Of a stretch of DNA of 32,000 bases, positions 16,287-24,038 are shown in pieces. The stretch is from contig NZ_CP034549.1 in the NCBI RefSeq assembly GCF_003966335.1, positions 2,640,001 to 2,672,000 of the forward strand, given 5' to 3'. The translations under genes were made by a program, and so were the position numbers. The DNA is from Nonlabens ponticola (lineage in GTDB: Bacteria > Bacteroidota > Bacteroidia > Flavobacteriales > Flavobacteriaceae). Position 1 is the stretch's first letter; each line of letters begins with the position of its first letter. The notes beneath the pieces were generated by a model. It was not told where the DNA came from. It was given only the letters and a program-made list of their open reading frames with translations, and searched no databases.

Positions 16287-18092
16287 CTAGCCTAGCTCTT
16301 TGGCATGGCGTTTACGCTCGTTTTCATCAAGGTAGATCTTGCGCAATCTCAAGAAATTGGGCGTTACCTCAACGTACTCGTCCTTTTGTATGTATTCCAA
16401 TGCTTCCTCTAGCGTGAACTTCACTGGTGGCGCGATCTTTACCTTATCGTCGTTACCGGCACTACGCACATTTGAAAGCTTCTTGGTTTTGGTCAAATTG
16501 AGGACTAGATCGTCTGGACGTGAGTTCTCGCCTACCACCTGACCGGTGTAAATTTCTTCACCTGGTGCGATGAAAAACTTACCACGATCCTGCATCTTAT
16601 CCATAGAATATGGAATGGAAGTACCCTTTTCCATGGAGATCAAGGAACCGTTGATACGTCCAGGAATCTCACCTTTATAAGGCTCAAAACCAACGAAGCG
16701 GTGGTTCATAATCGCCTCACCAGCTGTTGCGGTGATCAATTGGTTTCTAAGACCGATGATACCACGCGATGGGATCTTGAATTCACAGATCATGCGCTCA
16801 CCTTTGGGAGCCATGCTAGTCATCTCACCTTTTCTCATGGTCACCATCTCGACGGCTTTACCGCTCACGTTTTCTGGCAGGTCAATGGTCAACTCTTCAA
16901 TAGGCTCGCACTTGACACCATCAATCTCCTTGATGATTACCTGTGGCTGGCCTATTTGTAGCTCGTATCCTTCACGACGCATGGTCTCGATCAATACGGA
17001 AAGGTGCAGTACACCACGGCCGAAGACCATGAATTTATCTGCAGATCCTGTATCGTGAACCTGCAACGCGAGGTTTTTCTCAAGCTCCTTTGTCAGTCTG
17101 TCTTTAATGTTTCTAGAGGTTACAAATTTACCGTCCTTACCAAAGAATGGTGAGTCGTTGATGGTAAACAGCATGCTCATCGTTGGCTCATCGATGGCGA
17201 TGGTTTCCATAGCTTCTGGATTCTCAAAATCTGCAACGCTGTCGCCTATCTCAAATCCTTCTAGACCTACTAGTGCACAAATGTCACCAGCGTGAACTTC
17301 GTCCACTTTGGCCTTGCCCATACCGTCAAAAACGTAAACTTCCTTGACGCGTGCCTTAACTTCTGACCCGTCACGCTTACAAAGCGTTACCTGTTGGTTT
17401 TCTTTGATAGAGCCTCTTTTTACACGTCCTATCGCGATACGACCAGTGTAGTTTGAGAAATCAAGCGATGTAATCAATAATTGTGTGGTTCCTTCTTCTA
17501 CTTTAGGCGCTGGAACGTGCTCAATGACCATATCAAGTAATGGCTCAATATTTTCGGTCTCGTCTTTCCAATCCTCAGACATCCAGTTGTTTTTGGCACT
17601 ACCATAAACCGTTGGGAAATCAAGTTGCCACTCTTCGGCACCCAATTCAAACATGAGGTCAAAAACGGACTCGTGCACCTCATCTGGTGTACAGTTTTCC
17701 TTATCTACCTTGTTGACAACCACGCACGGCTTGAGGCCTAGGTCGATCGCCTTTTGCAATACAAAGCGTGTTTGTGGCATAGGGCCTTCAAAGGCATCAA
17801 CGAGCAATAACACACCATCTGCCATATTGAGTACGCGCTCTACCTCACCACCAAAATCGGCGTGACCAGGCGTGTCGATGATATTAATCTTAGTTCCCTT
17901 GTACATAACGGACACATTTTTTGCAAGGATGGTAATACCACGCTCGCGCTCGATGTCGTTATTGTCAAGGATCAATTCTCCTGTGGCCTCGTTCTCACGG
18001 AATATCTCACAGTGGTGTAATATCTTGTCTACCAGGGTTGTCTTACCGTGGTCAACGTGTGCGATAATCGCAATATTTCTAATGTCTTTCAT
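16287..18092 (-). CDS. typA: Translational GTPase TypA/BipA
   Basis: 601 aa. [25 protein letters not shown] (G1), [14 protein letters not shown] (G3), NKVD (G4), with full-length TypA-like domain order. Confidence 0.95.
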   Translation of the reverse strand: MKDIRNIAIIAHVDHGKTTLVDKILHHCEIFRENEATGELILDNNDIERERGITILAKNVSVMYKGTKINIIDTPGHADFGGEVERVLNMADGVLLLVDAFEGPMPQTRFVLQKAIDLGLKPCVVVNKVDKENCTPDEVHESVFDLMFELGAEEWQLDFPTVYGSAKNNWMSEDWKDETENIEPLLDMVIEHVPAPKVEEGTTQLLITSLDFSNYTGRIAIGRVKRGSIKENQQVTLCKRDGSEVKARVKEVYVFDGMGKAKVDEVHAGDICALVGLEGFEIGDSVADFENPEAMETIAIDEPTMSMLFTINDSPFFGKDGKFVTSRNIKDRLTKELEKNLALQVHDTGSADKFMVFGRGVLHLSVLIETMRREGYELQIGQPQVIIKEIDGVKCEPIEELTIDLPENVSGKAVEMVTMRKGEMTSMAPKGERMICEFKIPSRGIIGLRNQLITATAGEAIMNHRFVGFEPYKGEIPGRINGSLISMEKGTSIPYSMDKMQDRGKFFIAPGEEIYTGQVVGENSRPDDLVLNLTKTKKLSNVRSAGNDDKVKIAPPVKFTLEEALEYIQKDEYVEVTPNFLRLRKIYLDENERKRHAKELG

Positions 18093-18114
18093 AAATAGCG
18101 CTCCTTAGCGGCTG

Positions 18115-18122
18115 CAAAAGTA
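18115..18122 (-). promoter_or_regulatory. Candidate Bacteroidota -7 promoter box (TACTTTTG on the minus strand) for typA
   Basis: Matches the TAnnTTTG consensus. It lies 22 nt upstream of the typA ATG, and a TTG is present ~22 nt further upstream (18145-18147 on the plus strand as caa). Confidence 0.35.
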
Positions 18123-18224
18123 CTCTTATTTATTGGTTTATAGTCAAGTAGGGCGTTAAAGTGGTATTTGTTATAGTTTATTGATTAACAGCTATCTAGT
18201 TTTTTTTGGATTTAGTCAGGATAC

Positions 18225-18240
18225 CGCTTTCGCGAAAGCG
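18225..18240. repeat. 16-bp perfect palindrome CGCTTTCGCGAAAGCG
   Basis: Read directly. It lies 133 nt upstream of the typA start, in the typA / UbiA-like divergent region. Confidence 0.9.
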
Positions 18241-18325
18241 TGCGTGAACAGTTTGTGTTGCAACGATCTAGGATATCAAAACCAATATCCACAGTTTATT
18301 TTTGATTTTCATTTTCTTTTTATTC

Positions 18326-18341
18326 CGCTTTCGCGAAAGCG
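18326..18341. repeat. 16-bp perfect palindrome CGCTTTCGCGAAAGCG
   Basis: Read directly. It lies 136 nt upstream of the UbiA-like gene start (18477) and 101 nt from the copy at 18225. Confidence 0.9.
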
Positions 18342-18476
18342 AAATAGATTCCATCGTACATGCTACTAATAGATTGATGAAGTACAAAAGACCACAGTTT
18401 TCATATATTGCCTATAAAGAGATAGACAATTAAAAACTTCATCGATTACCTTAATGAGCGATTTCCCGTAGTCAAT

Positions 18477-19325
18477 ATGGGATTGTTTGCTGTATTATTC
18501 TTTACCGTAAGAGCTGTAGCTTTTGACGGGCAAAACAATCCAATAGATAATGACTTGCAAAAATCCTGGTGGTGGATTGTTACAGGCGTTATAGCAGTAA
18601 TCTCATTTTTCTTCAGACTTAGGGTGTTTGACGAGATTAAGGATTTTTCCATAGACTCTGTCAATCATCCCGATAGGGTTCTTCAAAGTGGACGTGTCCA
18701 TTTAAAGCAGTTGCAGATCATAAGTTATTCGCTAATCGCGCTTGAAGTAGGATGGTCTTTGCTAACAGGTGTGCCCACATTCCTAGGCTGGCTTGCTGCT
18801 GTAGGCTATTCCCTATTGATGCGTTATGAGTTTTTTGTACCTGTGTTTTTAAAAAAGAGCCTTATCCTATATGGGTTCACGCACATGCTTATCATGCCGC
18901 TCATTATTTTATGGATATATGTGGCACACGCAGGTTTATATTTTCCATTAGCTTTCTGGTACGTGTGTGCAGCATCTTTGTTAGCAGGTTTTAGCTTTGA
19001 GATAGCGCGCAAAATTCATGCTCCTAGCCATGAAAGATCAGGAATCGATAGCTATTCAAAATCGTTAGGATTCAAAGTTGCTGTAGGCACATTACTTATT
19101 GTCTTGGCTGGTGGTCTAGCAGTTCAATATCTTCTATTAAATGCACTCGCTGCCAATTGGTATGTGGTAGCGTTGATAGGCATCATTTATCTGCTGTTAC
19201 TGATTCTATACATCACGAACCTGAGGAAGCCTGATGAAAATCAGTTGAGGAAAGGTGAATTGCTGGTAAGCCTGTTCATGATAGCCAGTTACCTGAGTGT
19301 CATTATAGTAGTCAATTTTCTATGA
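18477..19325 (+). CDS. UbiA-superfamily-like polytopic membrane protein (putative prenyltransferase, divergent)
   Basis: 282 aa with ~8 hydrophobic segments. A first Asp-rich motif-like stretch FDEIKDFSIDSVNHPDRVLQSGRV (nt 18627-) resembles NDxxDxxxD...RPLxSG of UbiA enzymes. The second motif region (ARKIHAPSHERSGIDSYSKSLG) is degenerate. An in-frame stop at 18423-18425 limits any N-terminal extension. Confidence 0.5.
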   Translation: MGLFAVLFFTVRAVAFDGQNNPIDNDLQKSWWWIVTGVIAVISFFFRLRVFDEIKDFSIDSVNHPDRVLQSGRVHLKQLQIISYSLIALEVGWSLLTGVPTFLGWLAAVGYSLLMRYEFFVPVFLKKSLILYGFTHMLIMPLIILWIYVAHAGLYFPLAFWYVCAASLLAGFSFEIARKIHAPSHERSGIDSYSKSLGFKVAVGTLLIVLAGGLAVQYLLLNALAANWYVVALIGIIYLLLLILYITNLRKPDENQLRKGELLVSLFMIASYLSVIIVVNFL

Positions 19326-21853
19326 TTCAAAAAGCCTATACTAATAACATGGGCGGCAAGGCTCGTGGCCTCTATAGATTGAAAGAGCTAGGATTAGATG
19401 TTCCCGATTTCATAGTGATACCCTATGATGTTTTCAAAAATGTGGTGGAAAGACATAATGATCCTGATATTCTGACACAGCAATTGGAGAAATATAAACT
19501 GGATCAACAAGTGGTAAGCAGGGTTGAAGAAGCTCTAGCGAAATGGGATTTTCCTAATCAAAAGATAGCCGTAAGATCATCCATTCTAGATGAGGATGGT
19601 AGCGATCATTCCTTTGCTGGTATGATGGACAGTTATTTAAATCTCTATGATAGAGAGAGTGTGTTTGAAGCAATAAAGAAGTGTGCGGCAAGTGCCTATT
19701 CACATCGATCCATCACTTACCGCGAGGAGAACGAGTTGCCCTCACGAGCACGTCCAGCAGTCCTCGTACAAAAACAGATCAACGCAACGGCCAGCGGCGT
19801 GATTTTCACGACGTCGCCTATTTATCCTCAAGAGGTTGCCATACACATGGCGCAAGGCCTGGGCGACAAATTGGTGAGCGGTCAAGTAGCGGCAGATGAG
19901 TTTTATTACTTGAAAAAATCTGGGAAATTACACCGCTGCATGACCACCGATAATCTAGATTTCAATAATGATATATTAGAAGATCCGTCTAGTAGAGAAG
20001 ATAATGACACGATAGGCACATTGCCTGATTATGTTCATCAGGATTTGTTGGATTACGCTTTCGCGAAAGCGGAACAGATAGAAGCCTTATACGGTCCTAG
20101 TGACATTGAGTTTTGTATAAAAGATGACCAATTCTATTTTCTACAATTAAGACCTATTACGACCAAGATTCCCGATGTCACCGTGTTTGATAATTCAAAC
20201 ATTCAAGAAAGTTATTGCGGTGTGACCACACCATTGACGTTTTCATTTGCGACACGTGCCTATGGTACTGTTTATAAGCAAACAATGAAAGTGGTAGGCA
20301 TCAACCAGCGGACGATTGACGACTATCAAAACGTACTCAATAATTTGCTGGCGCTTAGAAAAGGTCGCATTTATTACAACATCAATAACTGGTATCGCGG
20401 CCTGCAGCTGTTGCCATCCTTTAGCCAAAACAAGGAAGACATGGAGGCAATGATGGGACTGGAAGAGCCTGTGGATTTTGTAATTGACACCAAAAAAAGT
20501 TGGCGAGAAAAAATACAATTACTGCCGTCGCTTATTCTGAATCTGTCGCGATTACTGCTTGAATTTAAACGCCTTAAAAAACGTACCGAGCGCTTTAAAC
20601 ACGATTTTAATGAGGTGTATCGCAACTTTTATCGTGACTCAAATCCTTCGGTATCATTGCAAGAGTTCATTAAACGCCGTCATCAATTAGATGAATTATT
20701 GTATCAATGGGACGTGCCTATCATCAACGACTTTAAGGTCATGATGAGCAATGGTAAGGTAAAACGGGCATTGGAAAGCATAGGTATCAAGAAAACGGAA
20801 GCTTTTCTAGCCCTTTATTTATCAAATGATCATGAGATTGAAAGTGCCTTTCCTACCAGACTTATGATTGATCTAGCAAGCGAAGTTGATCGTGATCCAG
20901 AGTTATGTAAACTTATAAAAGCCTTACCTCAAGAATTGCATCATCAAATTAAAGCTAGCTATCCAGAATTTTATTTGAAGGTAGAAGATTTTATGGATAG
21001 ATATGGTGATCGCACTATTGGCGAACTGAAGCTTGAGACTATCACCATGCGGGTTCAACCTCAAATTTTCTATCAATACCTTAAAAACTTATTCGGCTAC
21101 CACAGTATTGATAAAGCTCCACAAAATTTACAGGATACAGCAAAGAAAGAGCTGGTGGAAGCCCTAGATGGTAAGTCCTTTTTTACAAAGCGATCTGTCA
21201 TTAATAAGCTCCATCAATTACAGGATAGCATTAGACGTCGCGAAAGTTTGCGACTGGACCGTACCAGGTTATTCGGTATGTATAGAACTCTTTATAGACA
21301 GTATGCCTCGCATCTAAAGAATCAAGATTTTATTGATCAAATAGATGATATATTCTACCTGACAGAAGATGAATTGATCAATGATCAACAAGATCATTTC
21401 AAAGAGCTTATCACAGAACGTCAAGGCCTTTTTGAATCATATGAATCTCAAGAAGTACCATCTCGTATTGTCCAGCCATATCCACCGGTAGGAAATGAAA
21501 AGCCTAAACTTGATGACAATGAATTAATGGGTCAAGGTTGTCATCCTGGTGAGGCAACTGGCGAGGTTCTCGTTATCACAAATCCTACAGATGATTTGAA
21601 TGTCAAAGACAAAATCATAGTCGCTCAACGTACTGATCCTGGATGGTGTGCGTTATTTCCATCTTGCCGTGCTGTCATTATTGAAAAAGGAAGCATGCTT
21701 TCCCATTCGGTTATCTTACTACGTGAATTAGGAATTCCAACGATTATCAATGTACCTGCGGTGACTAAAATCTTGAAAACCGGTCAAGAAATTAAAATGA
21801 ATGGCAGTACTGGCCACATTCAAATAATACAGAGAACTACTAAGAATGATTGA
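19322..21853 (+). CDS. PEP/pyruvate-binding (PPDK_N ATP-grasp) plus C-terminal PEP-utilising swivel-His domain protein; rifampicin-phosphotransferase-like architecture, substrate unknown
   Basis: 843 aa. The N-terminus GGKARGLYRLKELGLDVPDFIVIP resembles PPDK_N. The extreme C-terminus RTDPGWCALFPSCRAVIIEKGSMLSHSVILLRELGIPTIINV is a mobile phosphohistidine domain (His795, nt 21704-21706). No TIM-barrel PEP/pyruvate domain follows it. ATGA overlap with the upstream gene. Confidence 0.8.
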   Translation: MIQKAYTNNMGGKARGLYRLKELGLDVPDFIVIPYDVFKNVVERHNDPDILTQQLEKYKLDQQVVSRVEEALAKWDFPNQKIAVRSSILDEDGSDHSFAGMMDSYLNLYDRESVFEAIKKCAASAYSHRSITYREENELPSRARPAVLVQKQINATASGVIFTTSPIYPQEVAIHMAQGLGDKLVSGQVAADEFYYLKKSGKLHRCMTTDNLDFNNDILEDPSSREDNDTIGTLPDYVHQDLLDYAFAKAEQIEALYGPSDIEFCIKDDQFYFLQLRPITTKIPDVTVFDNSNIQESYCGVTTPLTFSFATRAYGTVYKQTMKVVGINQRTIDDYQNVLNNLLALRKGRIYYNINNWYRGLQLLPSFSQNKEDMEAMMGLEEPVDFVIDTKKSWREKIQLLPSLILNLSRLLLEFKRLKKRTERFKHDFNEVYRNFYRDSNPSVSLQEFIKRRHQLDELLYQWDVPIINDFKVMMSNGKVKRALESIGIKKTEAFLALYLSNDHEIESAFPTRLMIDLASEVDRDPELCKLIKALPQELHHQIKASYPEFYLKVEDFMDRYGDRTIGELKLETITMRVQPQIFYQYLKNLFGYHSIDKAPQNLQDTAKKELVEALDGKSFFTKRSVINKLHQLQDSIRRRESLRLDRTRLFGMYRTLYRQYASHLKNQDFIDQIDDIFYLTEDELINDQQDHFKELITERQGLFESYESQEVPSRIVQPYPPVGNEKPKLDDNELMGQGCHPGEATGEVLVITNPTDDLNVKDKIIVAQRTDPGWCALFPSCRAVIIEKGSMLSHSVILLRELGIPTIINVPAVTKILKTGQEIKMNGSTGHIQIIQRTTKND
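20056..20071. repeat. 16-bp perfect palindrome CGCTTTCGCGAAAGCG inside the PEP-utilising enzyme CDS
   Basis: Read directly. GCT at 20057 is in frame (codon 246), so it reads Ala-Phe-Ala-Lys-Ala within DYAFAKAEQ. Confidence 0.9.
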
Positions 21854-22907
21854 GCGGAAAGTTTATGAAAAAGGTACAGTAGTAGATCAACCATGGGCAG
21901 ATCTATATGAGGTGGTTTATGGCGAGTTGGAATTTAAACCTGATGAGCCTGCTCATGTTACTCAGTGGCTTTTTAATCACTATGCATCTAGCAATGATAT
22001 CATTGTTTACAAAGCTACAGGTAGTTTGAGCCTTGTGGGAATTTTTCCACATGGATCTGATACTGCTTATTTCGGCTATTGGGAAACCATCAATGATCTT
22101 GATCTTAACCAGCAAGCATTTAAACTGCTGGAAGAGGATGCTTTAAGACAAGATTATACCAGCGTGGTAGGACCATTACATTTTAATACATATCATCGAT
22201 ATAGGCTGCGATTAGGATCAGTACCTAGTTGGAAAATGTTTGATAAAGAACCCGTAAATCCTACATACTATCCAGAAATTATGGAACAATTAGGGTACCG
22301 CATCAAAAACACTTTTCAAAGCCATTGTTTATCTCATGAGGTAATTGAGCAAATGTATGAGGTGGCAAAGTCATTGAGTAAACAACAAGTTCCAGAAGAA
22401 ATTATAATCAGCCAACTGGATAAATCCTTATGGCTAAAGTATGCTGATCAGATATTTGAACTAACGTCTCAAATCTTTTCTGGCAATGCAAACTATAGTG
22501 GCGTTACAAGAGCCGAATTTGATTTGCAATACAATGCTGCGTTTGCGGCTGGTCTGTGCCCGCATTCCTCAAGCTTGCTTATCGATACCGTAAATGATAG
22601 ACTAGCTGCGTTAAGTTTATGCCTGCCTAATTACCATGGTTTAGAAACATCAACTCCTGTGTATGAAGATGATTATGCATCGCTGCAACAGCCTACTTTA
22701 CTTGCTAAAACCGTAGGCGTGCATCCAGATTATAGAGGACAAAACTTAATGAATGCTATGGGTATGTATGGAAGTGCTGGTTTTATAAATAGGTACGATC
22801 AAGTAATTTTTTGCTTGATGAAAGAAGATAATGCATCGCAAAATTTCACTAAATATCTTAAGAAAGAAACAGCATTGTATGGATTGTTTGAAAAATCAAT
22901 TGGTTAA
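21846..22907 (+). CDS. GNAT-like acyltransferase-fold protein with a large N-terminal extension, function unknown
   Basis: 353 aa. The C-terminal stretch TVGVHPDYRGQNLMNAMGMYG resembles the GNAT acyl-CoA-binding motif A (R/Q-x-x-G-x-G/A). It overlaps the upstream gene by 8 nt. The family call is tentative. Confidence 0.45.
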   Translation: MIERKVYEKGTVVDQPWADLYEVVYGELEFKPDEPAHVTQWLFNHYASSNDIIVYKATGSLSLVGIFPHGSDTAYFGYWETINDLDLNQQAFKLLEEDALRQDYTSVVGPLHFNTYHRYRLRLGSVPSWKMFDKEPVNPTYYPEIMEQLGYRIKNTFQSHCLSHEVIEQMYEVAKSLSKQQVPEEIIISQLDKSLWLKYADQIFELTSQIFSGNANYSGVTRAEFDLQYNAAFAAGLCPHSSSLLIDTVNDRLAALSLCLPNYHGLETSTPVYEDDYASLQQPTLLAKTVGVHPDYRGQNLMNAMGMYGSAGFINRYDQVIFCLMKEDNASQNFTKYLKKETALYGLFEKSIG

Positions 22908-24038
22908 ATAATCCTCGCAAAATTGATCAAGTAAAAAATAGGTCTGGTAAACGCGTTCCAAAAATGGATAAGGAGTAATCTTGTGAGCCATAGTATACAA
23001 ACCTAATCTGTGCAGCGCAAATTGAGATGCAGCAAGTTGTAGTGTCCCGACAAATTCTGGTAACTCTTGTGGATAGTCGTAGTTAACATTGAGATGCTCG
23101 TGATAACGATTGATCAGGGTTTCTATCTCACCTTTTCTATCTGCGGTGATTGCAAAACAAATAAATTCTGCAAGATCATAGTGAGGTATGTGCATAGTTG
23201 CCAGTTCCCAATCATAAAGCAATAAGCTATCATTTTTAATACAGCAATTGCGCAGGTTGCAATCATTATGAATGATTGTTTTGGGCAATTCATCTAATCC
23301 TGCGTAAAGTTGAGGTATCTTCTCTAAGTATCTCTCAAGAACAATGCATTGCTCTGACGTGATCAAATTAAGATCTCGCGAATTGTTCAATAGACTAGAT
23401 AGGACAGGTTTTATTTTCTTGTAAAAATTAGAGCTAGGTAAATCATACTGCCATTCATTATCTATCAATCGATCAGCGAGATGCAAAGCATCACCATGCC
23501 AACTAGCTAGATCTATGATGGCGCTGGACAAGTCATTATGTGTCCATACTTCTGGCTGCATGACCGTGTTGAGATTTTGCTGCGCGTACAGATCTTCCAT
23601 AAGTATCATGAATATCCCTTGTTTTTCATCGCGATGCGTACCATAAATAGTTGGCATAACAGCGTGTGTTACATGCTCATATAAGTACAATTCCTTGAAA
23701 TGACTGTTTTCAAATCCCATTAAAGTAGCATACGCTGGATACACGTCCTTTAAAGGCGATGAGGAAAGTTGAGATAGTCCAGTTAGCATTTCAGATGTTT
23801 CAGAGCCAAAGGTCTTTACCTTGAGAACCATTTTTTGTTTCTGAGGCTCTTGGTTTATGCGGTAATCTACACTATAGCCAAAGTGCCCAACCGATAATCC
23901 TTGCTGTGACTGATTAAGCGATGTTAGAATACTTGATGAATTATCAATCGCATAAGGCTCAAGCGATAATATCTTAACCTTTTTTTCCAATCTATCACTC
24001 ATCATTTGTGCGATGAAATTTTTGGAAATCTCTATCAA
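22896..24038 (-). CDS. APH/choline-kinase/EcKL-type small-molecule kinase (phosphotransferase enzyme family)
   Basis: 380 aa. The catalytic loop is HNDCNLRN (aa 257-264, nt 23247-23270, verified by back-translation). The metal-binding motif is DWE (aa 276-278). There is a VLKVK lysine strand (aa 71-75) and a hinge-like ILMEDL (aa 145-150). Confidence 0.75.
   Translation of the reverse strand: MIEISKNFIAQMMSDRLEKKVKILSLEPYAIDNSSSILTSLNQSQQGLSVGHFGYSVDYRINQEPQKQKMVLKVKTFGSETSEMLTGLSQLSSSPLKDVYPAYATLMGFENSHFKELYLYEHVTHAVMPTIYGTHRDEKQGIFMILMEDLYAQQNLNTVMQPEVWTHNDLSSAIIDLASWHGDALHLADRLIDNEWQYDLPSSNFYKKIKPVLSSLLNNSRDLNLITSEQCIVLERYLEKIPQLYAGLDELPKTIIHNDCNLRNCCIKNDSLLLYDWELATMHIPHYDLAEFICFAITADRKGEIETLINRYHEHLNVNYDYPQELPEFVGTLQLAASQFALHRLGLYTMAHKITPYPFLERVYQTYFLLDQFCEDYLTN

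Noticed and set aside
16339-18108. Multiple plus- and minus-strand ORFs inside typA
   Set aside because: Shadow frames of a highly conserved GTPase gene.
18181-18369. 62-aa plus-strand ORF in the typA / UbiA-like intergenic region (and 18446-18664 on the minus strand)
   Set aside because: It is translated straight through both palindrome copies and a T-run, starts at a non-ATG codon and shows no motif. The region is better explained as regulatory DNA. The 18446-18664 ORF is antisense to the UbiA-like gene start.
19322-21853. Calling the 843-aa protein PEP synthase (PpsA) or pyruvate phosphate dikinase
   Set aside because: The swivel-His domain is the last domain. The C-terminal PEP/pyruvate-binding TIM barrel that PpsA and PPDK require is absent. 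The domain order fits RPH-type small-molecule phosphotransferases instead.
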